Below, one piece after another: positions 38,234 to 46,578 of a stretch of 64,000 nucleotides of DNA; within the stretch, counting starts at the first letter, position 1, and the number at the start of each line of letters is the position of its first letter. The notes under the pieces are model-generated. The model did not search any database and was not told where the DNA came from. It saw nothing but the letters and a program-made list of their open reading frames with translations. The stretch is from an uncultured Ruficoccus sp. (GTDB lineage: Bacteria; Verrucomicrobiota; Verrucomicrobiia; Opitutales; Cerasicoccaceae): positions 121,018 to 185,017 of the forward strand of contig OZ223505.1 of assembly GCA_965140785.1 (NCBI GenBank), read 5' to 3'. The translations under genes were made by a program, and so were the position numbers.

Positions 38234-38445
38234 TTAGCCGCGGATGAACGCGGATTTTATTTTTATACCGTCTTCAAGTCGTATCGATAAAGAGATGGCC
38301 CGCGAAGTCACGCGAAGGAACACGAGGTGAATCACTCCCTCATCGACTTCGCGTATCTTCGCGTGGCTTCGCGGGAAATAGGTATTTTATCGTTGATGGA
38401 TTAAATCGTTGTTAATCATTACTATACGCGTTCATCCGTGGCTAA
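38234..38445. repeat. Nested palindromic intergenic elements
   Basis: Outer ttagccgcggatgaacgcg / cgcgttcatccgtggctaa; inner 10-nt-period cgcgaag / cttcgcg arms at 38299-38375. Confidence 0.8.
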
Positions 38446-38657
38446 AAAATCATCTAGGAGCAGATGGGAAACGGTATCAGCTGCCAACCGCGACCCCGGG
38501 TGCGGCGGTTTTTCACCGCAGCGATATGTTCGGCTTTGAGTTGCACTGATGGGCTTTTTCATGTTTGCTTATAAAAATTCTGCGCAACTTTTTCGGGGTT
38601 TTCCGGACTGAGCAGAATACCCACTCCCTTTTTCCACTCTTATCCCTTTTATTTATC

Positions 38658-39803
38658 ATGTTGGGTTTCAAGCACATCCCTTTTGACCGGGTTTCCTGGA
38701 TCACGACTTCGTTTCTGAGCATCACGCTGCTGCTGGCGGTGACGGCGGCGCCGCTGTACCTGATCTTCTGCGGCATGGGCGGTTTCATGGCCGCGCTGTT
38801 TGCCTTTTATCTCGTGGCCACGGGCCTGAGTATCACCCTCGGCTACCACCGGCTGTTCGCCCACCTGTCCTTCGGCGCGAAGTGGCCGGTGCGCATGTTC
38901 GTGCTGCTCTTCGGCGCGGCGGCCTGGGAAAACTCCGTCCTCGACTGGGTTTCGGACCACCGCCGTCACCACAAGCACGTGGACCACGACGACGACCCGT
39001 ACAACATCAACAACGGGTTCTTCTTTGCCCACGTCGGTTGGTTGCTGTTCAAGCTCAACCCGGAGCCTCCGCTGGACAACGTGAACGACCTGCGCAAGGA
39101 CAAGTGGGTGCTCTGGCAGCACCGGAACGTGCACTGGATCGCGCTTTTCGTCGGCTTCATCCTGCCCACCCTGCTCTGCGGCCTGTATTACCAGTCGTGG
39201 ATGGCGGCTCTGGGCGGTTTCCTCGTCGTGGGCGTCCTGCGCACGGTCATCGTGCAGCAAGCGACTTTCTGCATCAACTCGGCCTGCCACTACTTCGGCA
39301 ACCAGCCGTACTCGAGTAAGCACAGCGCCCGTGACAGCTGGTGGATCGCCTTCATCACCTACGGGGAGGGCTACCACAACTACCACCACGAGTTTCAGCA
39401 CGACTACCGCAACGGCGTCAAAGCCTGGCAGTTCGACCCGACCAAGTGGACCATCTGGCTCCTGTCCAAAGTGGGCCTGACCTACAATCTGCGCCGCGTC
39501 TCCGACGCCAAGATCCTCCTGGCCGAGTTGACCGAGGCCCGCCGCCGGGTGGACAACGGGCTGGCCTTTTTCAAGGGCATGGACCTGACCGGGGCCGCCC
39601 GCACGCACCTGCACACTTCCCTCGAATACCTCCACAACAAGCAGGAGGAGCTGGCCAGCTGCTACTACCAGGTGCAGAAGGGCGTGTCCGACCGGGTCGA
39701 GTTCTCCAGGGCCAAAGTCACCCAGTGGCGGCGCGAGATCAACCACGCCCTCCGCCACCTCGACGAACTGCTCGAAGGCCACCAAGCTCCGGCCACGGCG
39801 TAG
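38658..39803 (+). CDS. Delta-9-type fatty acid desaturase
   Basis: His boxes HRLFAH, HRRHH, GEGYHNYHH and FDPTKW. Confidence 0.92.
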   Translation: MLGFKHIPFDRVSWITTSFLSITLLLAVTAAPLYLIFCGMGGFMAALFAFYLVATGLSITLGYHRLFAHLSFGAKWPVRMFVLLFGAAAWENSVLDWVSDHRRHHKHVDHDDDPYNINNGFFFAHVGWLLFKLNPEPPLDNVNDLRKDKWVLWQHRNVHWIALFVGFILPTLLCGLYYQSWMAALGGFLVVGVLRTVIVQQATFCINSACHYFGNQPYSSKHSARDSWWIAFITYGEGYHNYHHEFQHDYRNGVKAWQFDPTKWTIWLLSKVGLTYNLRRVSDAKILLAELTEARRRVDNGLAFFKGMDLTGAARTHLHTSLEYLHNKQEELASCYYQVQKGVSDRVEFSRAKVTQWRREINHALRHLDELLEGHQAPATA

Positions 39804-40129
39804 TTGCTTTTTCCGAGCTTTGTTCCGTGTGAACCGGTGGCGGGCGACACCCGCTAGGTGATCCGCTGGAGTGTTTGGCTTAAAATCGTGGCTCTTCAGC
39901 CCCTGTTTTCTTAACTACAAGGGCTCAGAGGCACAAAGGGGGTAGATTCCCTTTTATAAGCCCTGTGTGTCTTTTGGGTTGCTGCTGATTATTCCACGAG
40001 TAGGTGCTCGCGGCGGAAGAAACTTCCTTCGAGCAGGCGATGATCGTAAATGACGGTTTGACGGCTTAGCCGGATAAGCTTTTATGAACTCATCTGTCTC
40101 ATTTTTCCTACGTTATTGGATTCAAGCTC

Positions 40130-41371
40130 ATGAATAGCAGTAAGGCATCCTATTCGCTTTTTGAAGGTGATCTCGCTGACAGAATCCTCGATCGGATCAG
40201 TGATTTTTTCTGTAAGGTGTTGCGCTACGATGCATCTGCACATGAACGATCAGGTTGGGATGTTGTTGGGCTTGTCAGTAGGATAGTCTTTCTGGTCGCA
40301 TTGACCTACGGCGTTCAATTTTATTTGGCGTGGTTGGATGGAGTCATTGATTTAACCCGCGCACCGGCAGAGGTTTTCATCTTCGATTACGCCGCCATCG
40401 CCCAATTGTTGATCGGTATTCCGATTTTCGTAGTGGCCCGGTACCTCATTGATAAGTCAACCAGCCGTTGCATTGGCTATTTTATGAATTCGGGCATCAT
40501 CCCGGAATCGCAACTAGTAGATACGCGGCTCGGACTATCGCGGGTGCAGAAGGTTGCCCGCCACCCAGTTCCGGAAATTATCCTCGTTGTTCTGGCGTAT
40601 GCGATGACGCTCCCGTGGATTCTGACTGAGATCGGCAATGGGACCTCCAATTGGCTTGCGTTAGTAATAAATGGGGTAGAGAGCCCGACTCTGTGTGGGC
40701 TGTGGGCAGGGTTTATCGCTGTGCCGATTTATCAATTCCTATGGCTCAGGTTGGTATGGAAACTGATTCTGTGGTCTTGGGCATTGCTTGTTCTGGCGAA
40801 GCGAGTGGTCGTCAAACCGACGCATGCCGACAATATTGGAGGGCTTAAGCCCCTAGTCTCGACGCAGTCGTCTTTTGCCCTTCTGGCCTTTGCTATCGGG
40901 ATGATCGTATCGGCCACTCTACTCTACAAGGTGAATGTTCAGGGCGCAGATATAGGAAGTTACAGCATGTGGGGGGTCTTGCTGGCGTATGTAATTCTGA
41001 CACCGATTCTCTTTACGGCCCCCATGATGGTATTTACGCCAGTATTGAAAGAAACAAAGTTAGAGTATCTGGCTAAATACAATCGCCTCTCCGTTCTGCT
41101 GCGAACACTACGGGACGAGGAAAATATCGCCTCTGTCGTTGAAAAAGATGGTAAGGGCGAACTGAAAGAAGACGCGGGCAGCCATTTTGACTATTATACA
41201 CAGGTGGATGAGGATCATCGGAATATCCGAACCATGCGGATCATTCCTTACGACTTCGACTACATCAAGAAGTTGTTCTCGGCTACGATTGCGCCGATCA
41301 TTCCCGTTTTATGGAAGCTGGATTTGTTCCCAAGCGGGATGAAGGAATTTTTTGAAAAGTTCGGCTCATGA
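40130..41371 (+). CDS. Hypothetical multi-pass membrane protein
   Basis: 413-aa ORF with several hydrophobic segments and HADNIGGL; visibly lower GC than flanks. Confidence 0.7.
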   Translation: MNSSKASYSLFEGDLADRILDRISDFFCKVLRYDASAHERSGWDVVGLVSRIVFLVALTYGVQFYLAWLDGVIDLTRAPAEVFIFDYAAIAQLLIGIPIFVVARYLIDKSTSRCIGYFMNSGIIPESQLVDTRLGLSRVQKVARHPVPEIILVVLAYAMTLPWILTEIGNGTSNWLALVINGVESPTLCGLWAGFIAVPIYQFLWLRLVWKLILWSWALLVLAKRVVVKPTHADNIGGLKPLVSTQSSFALLAFAIGMIVSATLLYKVNVQGADIGSYSMWGVLLAYVILTPILFTAPMMVFTPVLKETKLEYLAKYNRLSVLLRTLRDEENIASVVEKDGKGELKEDAGSHFDYYTQVDEDHRNIRTMRIIPYDFDYIKKLFSATIAPIIPVLWKLDLFPSGMKEFFEKFGS

Positions 41372-41455
41372 GGGGGTGCAAGGGTAGGGCTAACACGTGT
41401 CGGGTGACGTTGTTGGTTGCTGACGGCAACGGCGGGCGCGTTTTTTTTCTTCAAC

Positions 41456-42256
41456 ATGAATACTGACCGGGAAATTGCCCTCGTGCTTGGATCAGGCGGA
41501 GCTCGCGGGTTGTGCGGCGTCGGCGTTCTGCTGGCCCTGGAGGAGGCGGGATACCGCGTTGTCGAAGTCAGCGGGTGCTCGATGGGGGCTATCGTTGGCT
41601 CCTTGTATTGTTCGGGGCGAAAGGCTTCCGAACTGGAGGAATTACTGGGCGGAGTCTGGCTCCCCCGTTTCTTGCGGCTGGATTGGTTCGGACGCGGGCT
41701 GTTCACCACCCGCCGGTTAGCGAAATTTCTGGAACCGCACCTGGCCAGAAGGTTTGAGGAGCTGAGTATTCCTCTCAGCATCTCGTGCACAGACCTGGGA
41801 TGCGGACAAGAACTAAGCTTCTCCTCGGGCGAACTGCTGCCTGCGGTCATGGGCAGTGCGAGCATTGCCGGTTTCTTGACGCCGGTGGAGCATGAGGGGG
41901 TGTTGCTGGCGGACGGCGGCTATACCAATCCGGTGCCTGTGAATCTTATCCGCAGTTCTCACTGTAAGGTAATCGCCGTCGATTGTACGGTCGATCCGGT
42001 ATGGGATTTACGCATGGAGCGGCCGCGTAAGTTCGGTTACCTCAACAAATTCAACTATTGTTACAGGCAGTACCTGAAGAGTATGGATATCTTATGTCGC
42101 CGGGTAGCCGAAGCCAGGAATGGGGAATCAACCGAGCGAATCCGTATCCGGCCTGTGATGCCCGGTGTTACAGCTTTCAGTTTTCACAAGTCCTCCCAGG
42201 CAATCGAGGCGGGCAGGGTGGCCATGCGCGATATTATGGCTGCGAGGGAAATTTGA
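41456..42256 (+). CDS. Patatin-like phospholipase
   Basis: LGSGGARG, GCSMG, ADGG. Confidence 0.9.
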   Translation: MNTDREIALVLGSGGARGLCGVGVLLALEEAGYRVVEVSGCSMGAIVGSLYCSGRKASELEELLGGVWLPRFLRLDWFGRGLFTTRRLAKFLEPHLARRFEELSIPLSISCTDLGCGQELSFSSGELLPAVMGSASIAGFLTPVEHEGVLLADGGYTNPVPVNLIRSSHCKVIAVDCTVDPVWDLRMERPRKFGYLNKFNYCYRQYLKSMDILCRRVAEARNGESTERIRIRPVMPGVTAFSFHKSSQAIEAGRVAMRDIMAAREI

Positions 42257-42340
42257 CCCTTGTTCGTTGCCTTGGAGTATGGCTTGGCCGCCAAGCAAAA
42301 ATTGCTTCTGCCTGTGTGCTCGTTTCTTTGAAAGTCGGTT

Positions 42341-43552
42341 TTATTTGCAACAGGCCTGGCCTGCCGCGTGACCGCTGGTCCAGAGCCATTGGCGATGCCA
42401 GCCGCCGGCGAAGCCGTCCACGTCCACCAGGTCCCCGGCCAGGTGGAGGCCCGGCACGAGCAGGCTGGCCATGCTCTCGAAGTCGATTTCCTTCCGGGAA
42501 ACTCCGCCGCAGATGGCCCGCTCGGAGGCGGCCAGTTTTTTGCGCACGAGGTGCAGCTCGGTCAGTTCCAGGTGCTCCTTGAGGGTGCGCAACTCGCCTT
42601 TTTTGAGCTGGCCCCAGTGGCGGTCGGGGTCGAGTGAGGAGACCTTGAGCAGGTGGCTCCAGATCAGCTCGGGAAGCTCGACCAGGGGCTCGGAGATGAG
42701 CCGCTGGCGCGGGTGCAGGCGCACGCGCTCATTAATCAGGCGCGAGGCTTTCTGGGGGCCGCACCAGTTGATGCGCAGGGCCTGCCCCTGCGGGCGGGCC
42801 AGCTCCCGGGCTCCTTGGCAGGCGAGCGCGAGCACGGCCTCTCCGGCCAGGCCCCAGGGATGCAGTTCCAGCGGGCCGTCGGTGCTCAGGCTGAGGGCCG
42901 GCAGGGAGAGGCGGACGGTTTTCAGGCGCTCGCCGTGCATGTTTTTGAAAATCGGGTCGTCGATGAGGAAATGAAACAGGCTGGGGACGGGGCGCTCGAT
43001 GGAGTGGCCGAGGCTTTCGGCGGCCTTGACCGCCTGAGGAATGTTGAGCGGGTCGGCAGCCAGCACCAGTCGCTGACCCTGAACGGTGCGTTCGCCGGTG
43101 ATGGTGATCCAGAAGCCGCCTTGGGGCTTGGCCTCGACGGCGACGAGTTTCTCCCCGGTGCGTACGGTGACCCCGGCTTTTTCCGCCCGGGCGGTGAGCT
43201 GGGCGGCGAGGCCGGGAGCCTCATCGGGCAGGCGCAGGGTGCCGTCGGGCTGGCGGTGGACATCCAGCCCGTGAGCCCGGCACCACTCCAGGGTTTGCTG
43301 CGGGCCGAATGCGTAAAGCTCGGGCAGGGCGTCGTGCCCGCCGCGGGGGAAGCCCGGCAGCAGCTCGGAGGGGTCGTCGCAGAGCCGGGTGATGAGTCGC
43401 TCGTCACTGCCGCTGCGGCGCAGCTCGGCCAGAGGTTCCCCGGAGGCGATGAGCCAGGTCACCGCACCGGCGGGGTTGTGTTCGGCGGCGGTGATGGCGG
43501 CGAGGGCTCCGGCCAGTCCGCCCCCGGCGATGATGATTTCATTTTGAACCAA
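42341..43552 (-). CDS. HI0933/BaiN-like flavoprotein
   Basis: IIIAGGGLAG, PVPSLF.F, CGGVS..EID, GL.LAG..VDVDG..GG. Confidence 0.8.
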   Translation of the reverse strand: MVQNEIIIAGGGLAGALAAITAAEHNPAGAVTWLIASGEPLAELRRSGSDERLITRLCDDPSELLPGFPRGGHDALPELYAFGPQQTLEWCRAHGLDVHRQPDGTLRLPDEAPGLAAQLTARAEKAGVTVRTGEKLVAVEAKPQGGFWITITGERTVQGQRLVLAADPLNIPQAVKAAESLGHSIERPVPSLFHFLIDDPIFKNMHGERLKTVRLSLPALSLSTDGPLELHPWGLAGEAVLALACQGARELARPQGQALRINWCGPQKASRLINERVRLHPRQRLISEPLVELPELIWSHLLKVSSLDPDRHWGQLKKGELRTLKEHLELTELHLVRKKLAASERAICGGVSRKEIDFESMASLLVPGLHLAGDLVDVDGFAGGWHRQWLWTSGHAAGQACCK

Positions 43553-43679
43553 ACCCCTTTCATCTTGTCCATGAGCGGGGCGGTGGACAGGTTTTTTTCG
43601 GCCCGCAGCCATCTTTCTTCGTGTTATTTCCGGGTTGCCCCGCCGGGGAAAAACCTTTGTTCATAAACCTTTGTCCCCC

Positions 43680-44762
43680 ATGCCCAAGAAAGCCGATTTT
43701 TTCTCTCTACCCCGGAGCACCCAATTCGCCTTTTGGCTGGGGCTGCTTTTTGTCGGACTGTTAATTTACGACCAGTACTTTTACTGGTCCACGATGGAGG
43801 ACTACAGTTTCGGCTATCTGGTCCCGATTTTTGTCGGTTACGTGGTCTATGACCGCTGGCCGAAAATCCGCGCCCTCCTGTTGGGAGAAAACGACGACAA
43901 GCTGTCTTCGACCAAGCCCACGCTGCTGATGCGTCTGACGGAGGTGGTTTTCTACCTCGGGCTGATTTCGGCCCTGATGATGTTCCTGCTCGGGGGGTTG
44001 ATCCGGGCGGCTCAGGGCCCCTCGAACCAGGGCAGCATGCTCATGGCCGCCGGGCTGGGCGGTATTGTGCTGGGGCTGGCCTTTCTGGTCGCCCGCGACG
44101 ATACGAAGGGCCGCACCTTGTCCTGGAAAGAGCGCCTCAGCTTCACTTTTCTGTTTCTTTTTCCCGCGCTGGCCTGGCTGATCTCGGCCCCCATGGTGAT
44201 GTACATGGACTCGACGGTGAAGCTCGTCCTGCTGGAGTGGGTGACGAAGATTGTTTACACGGTTTTCAACTTCCTGGGTTTCACCGTGATCCGCGAGGGC
44301 AACGTCCTCGAACTGCCCAAGGGCGAGGTCGGCGTGGCCGATGCTTGTTCGGGCGTGCGCTCGCTCACGGGCTGTATCTTTGTCGGCTCCTTCATGGCGG
44401 CGGTCTTTCTGGACCGCTTCTGGAAAAAGGTCCTCATGGTCATCCTGTCCATGATCCTCGCCTTTGTGACGAATATCATCCGCAGTCTTTTCCTCACCGG
44501 CTGGGCCTATGCCTATGGCTCGGGGGCGATCGACGGGGATATTTTCCGCAATCCCCATACCCTGCCCGACGGCTCGGAAAACCCCGACTTTGTCTTCGCC
44601 TCCGTGCACGACATCGCGGGCTATTCGGTCATGGGCCTGACGTTTGTTGTTTTGCTGATGCTCCTGCCGATCTTTAATTTTAAGGTCGCCCCGCCCGAGG
44701 ACGATGAAGAAGATGAGCAGGCCGGGGACTCTCCCGGCACAGAGTCTGAACCGAACGCCTAA
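43680..44762 (+). CDS. Exosortase/archaeosortase-family protein
   Basis: DYSFGYLVP, VADACSGVRSL (Cys), NIIR (Arg), VHDIAG (His). Confidence 0.88.
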   Translation: MPKKADFFSLPRSTQFAFWLGLLFVGLLIYDQYFYWSTMEDYSFGYLVPIFVGYVVYDRWPKIRALLLGENDDKLSSTKPTLLMRLTEVVFYLGLISALMMFLLGGLIRAAQGPSNQGSMLMAAGLGGIVLGLAFLVARDDTKGRTLSWKERLSFTFLFLFPALAWLISAPMVMYMDSTVKLVLLEWVTKIVYTVFNFLGFTVIREGNVLELPKGEVGVADACSGVRSLTGCIFVGSFMAAVFLDRFWKKVLMVILSMILAFVTNIIRSLFLTGWAYAYGSGAIDGDIFRNPHTLPDGSENPDFVFASVHDIAGYSVMGLTFVVLLMLLPIFNFKVAPPEDDEEDEQAGDSPGTESEPNA

Positions 44763-46274
44763 ATGCCCAAAGCACCTTTGAAAATCCTCCAGGTCGCCCC
44801 CGAGGTGACACCGTTTTCCAAAGTCGGCGGATTGGCCGATGTCGTCGGCGCCCTGACCAAGGAAATGTCCCGCGCCGGACACGAAGTCCGGGTCCTCACG
44901 CCGCTATACGGCTTTATCCAGCCGGGCGAGGGCTGGACGGCCGAGCCGGGCGCCTTCTCCGTCCACCTGGGCGGCTACAAGGAGGAGTTTACCCGCCTGT
45001 GGAAGACCCATTACCCCGGCTCGGACGCCGAAGTCTTTTTCCTCGAATACGGCCGCTACTACGACCGGCACGAGATCTACACCGGCCCCTGGGGCGGCCA
45101 CAGCGACAACAACGAGCGCTTCACCTTTCTCAGCCGCGCCGCCATCGACTACTGCCACTCGCGCCAGTGGTACCCGGATGTCATCCACTGCCACGACTGG
45201 ACGACCGGCCTCGTCCCGGTCTATCTGAACACGACCGAGTACGGCACCCCGCTGGGGCGCGCTGCCAGTGTGTTTACCATTCACAACCTCATGCACCAGG
45301 GGATCTTCGGGCGCGAGATCCTGGACTTCGCCGGGCTGCCGCCGGAGGTCTTCCGCCCCGACAACCTCGAGTCGATGGGGCTGGTCAACATGATGAAGGG
45401 CGGCATCTACAACAGCACCAAGATCACTACGGTGAGCCCCCACTACGCCGCCGAGATTCAGGGCCCCGAGTACGGCTGCGGCCTCAACCACGTGCTCAAG
45501 TACCGCGCCGGAGACCTCATTGGCATCATTAACGGCATCGATAGCGACGAGTGGAATCCCGCTACCGATCCGCACCTGCCCGCGAATTTCAACGCCGAGG
45601 ACCTCTCCGGCAAGGCCGTCTGCAAGCAGAAGCTGCAAGAACGCCTGGGTCTGGAGCAGGACCCGAAGGTGCCCGTTTTCTGCGCCATCGCCCGCCTCTT
45701 CGAGCAGAAGGGCCTCGACCTGCTGGCCGAGATCGTGCCCTGGATCATGAGCGAGATGAAGGTCCAGATCGCCCTGCTGGGGGCCGGAGACGGTCGCCTG
45801 GAGCAGGCCTTCCTCGACCTGCAGGCCAAGTACCCGGGCCGGGTAGGGGTCTTTATCGGCTACAACAACCCGCTCGCCCACCTGATGGAGGCCGGGGCCG
45901 ACTTTTTCCTCATGCCCAGCCGCTTCGAGCCCTGCGGCCTGAACCAGATGTACTCCATGGCCTACGGTACGCTGCCCATCGTGCGCTCTACCGGCGGGCT
46001 GGTCGATACGGTCGAGCAGTATGTCGAGGGCCGCAAACGCGGGACCGGCTTCCGCTTCGAGGAGGCCAGCGCCAAGGCGCTTTACTACAGCGTCGGCTGG
46101 GCCTGCTCGACCTGGTACGACCGCCCCGAGGATTACCGCCTGCTCCAGCACAACGCCATGACCAGCGACCTGGGCTGGGACCACTCGGCCAGCAAGTACC
46201 TCGACGTGTACCAGTGGGCCAAGGACGCCCGCCTGGCTGGTCTCGGCGCTATGGAACGCGCTCAGCACGGCTGA
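44763..46274 (+). CDS. glgA: Glycogen synthase
   Basis: KVGGLADV, HCHDW, FTIHNL, PSRFEPCGL.Q, TGGLVDTV. Confidence 0.95.
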   Translation: MPKAPLKILQVAPEVTPFSKVGGLADVVGALTKEMSRAGHEVRVLTPLYGFIQPGEGWTAEPGAFSVHLGGYKEEFTRLWKTHYPGSDAEVFFLEYGRYYDRHEIYTGPWGGHSDNNERFTFLSRAAIDYCHSRQWYPDVIHCHDWTTGLVPVYLNTTEYGTPLGRAASVFTIHNLMHQGIFGREILDFAGLPPEVFRPDNLESMGLVNMMKGGIYNSTKITTVSPHYAAEIQGPEYGCGLNHVLKYRAGDLIGIINGIDSDEWNPATDPHLPANFNAEDLSGKAVCKQKLQERLGLEQDPKVPVFCAIARLFEQKGLDLLAEIVPWIMSEMKVQIALLGAGDGRLEQAFLDLQAKYPGRVGVFIGYNNPLAHLMEAGADFFLMPSRFEPCGLNQMYSMAYGTLPIVRSTGGLVDTVEQYVEGRKRGTGFRFEEASAKALYYSVGWACSTWYDRPEDYRLLQHNAMTSDLGWDHSASKYLDVYQWAKDARLAGLGAMERAQHG

Positions 46275-46578
46275 CCCAGCCACCAATTGGCTGACCGCCT
46301 GTCGGCTACCCTCCGACTGGCAGTGCTTCGCCTGGCAGCGCTCGGATGGCACCATTCGCCAAGGGGCTTCCTCCACTGCTGCGTCGTCAGCGATGGGCAC
46401 GCGGTTGAAGGGGTTAACGTTGGACGATCCGCCGATGTGCTGCGCTCGCTCAGTCCGCACGGATCCGACCGTGCCCCCATGCCCCTCGACCAGTGACCGA
46501 TTCTCTCCCGGCCCCATGTTTCGCTTGCCTAGGGCATCGGGGGGCTTTAATGTCTTCGGTTCCTTATCGCCTTTATTC

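Noticed and set aside
46275..46578. Possible ncRNA between glgA and the SNF2 gene
   Set aside because: Only scattered short GC stems, with no family motif that I can support.
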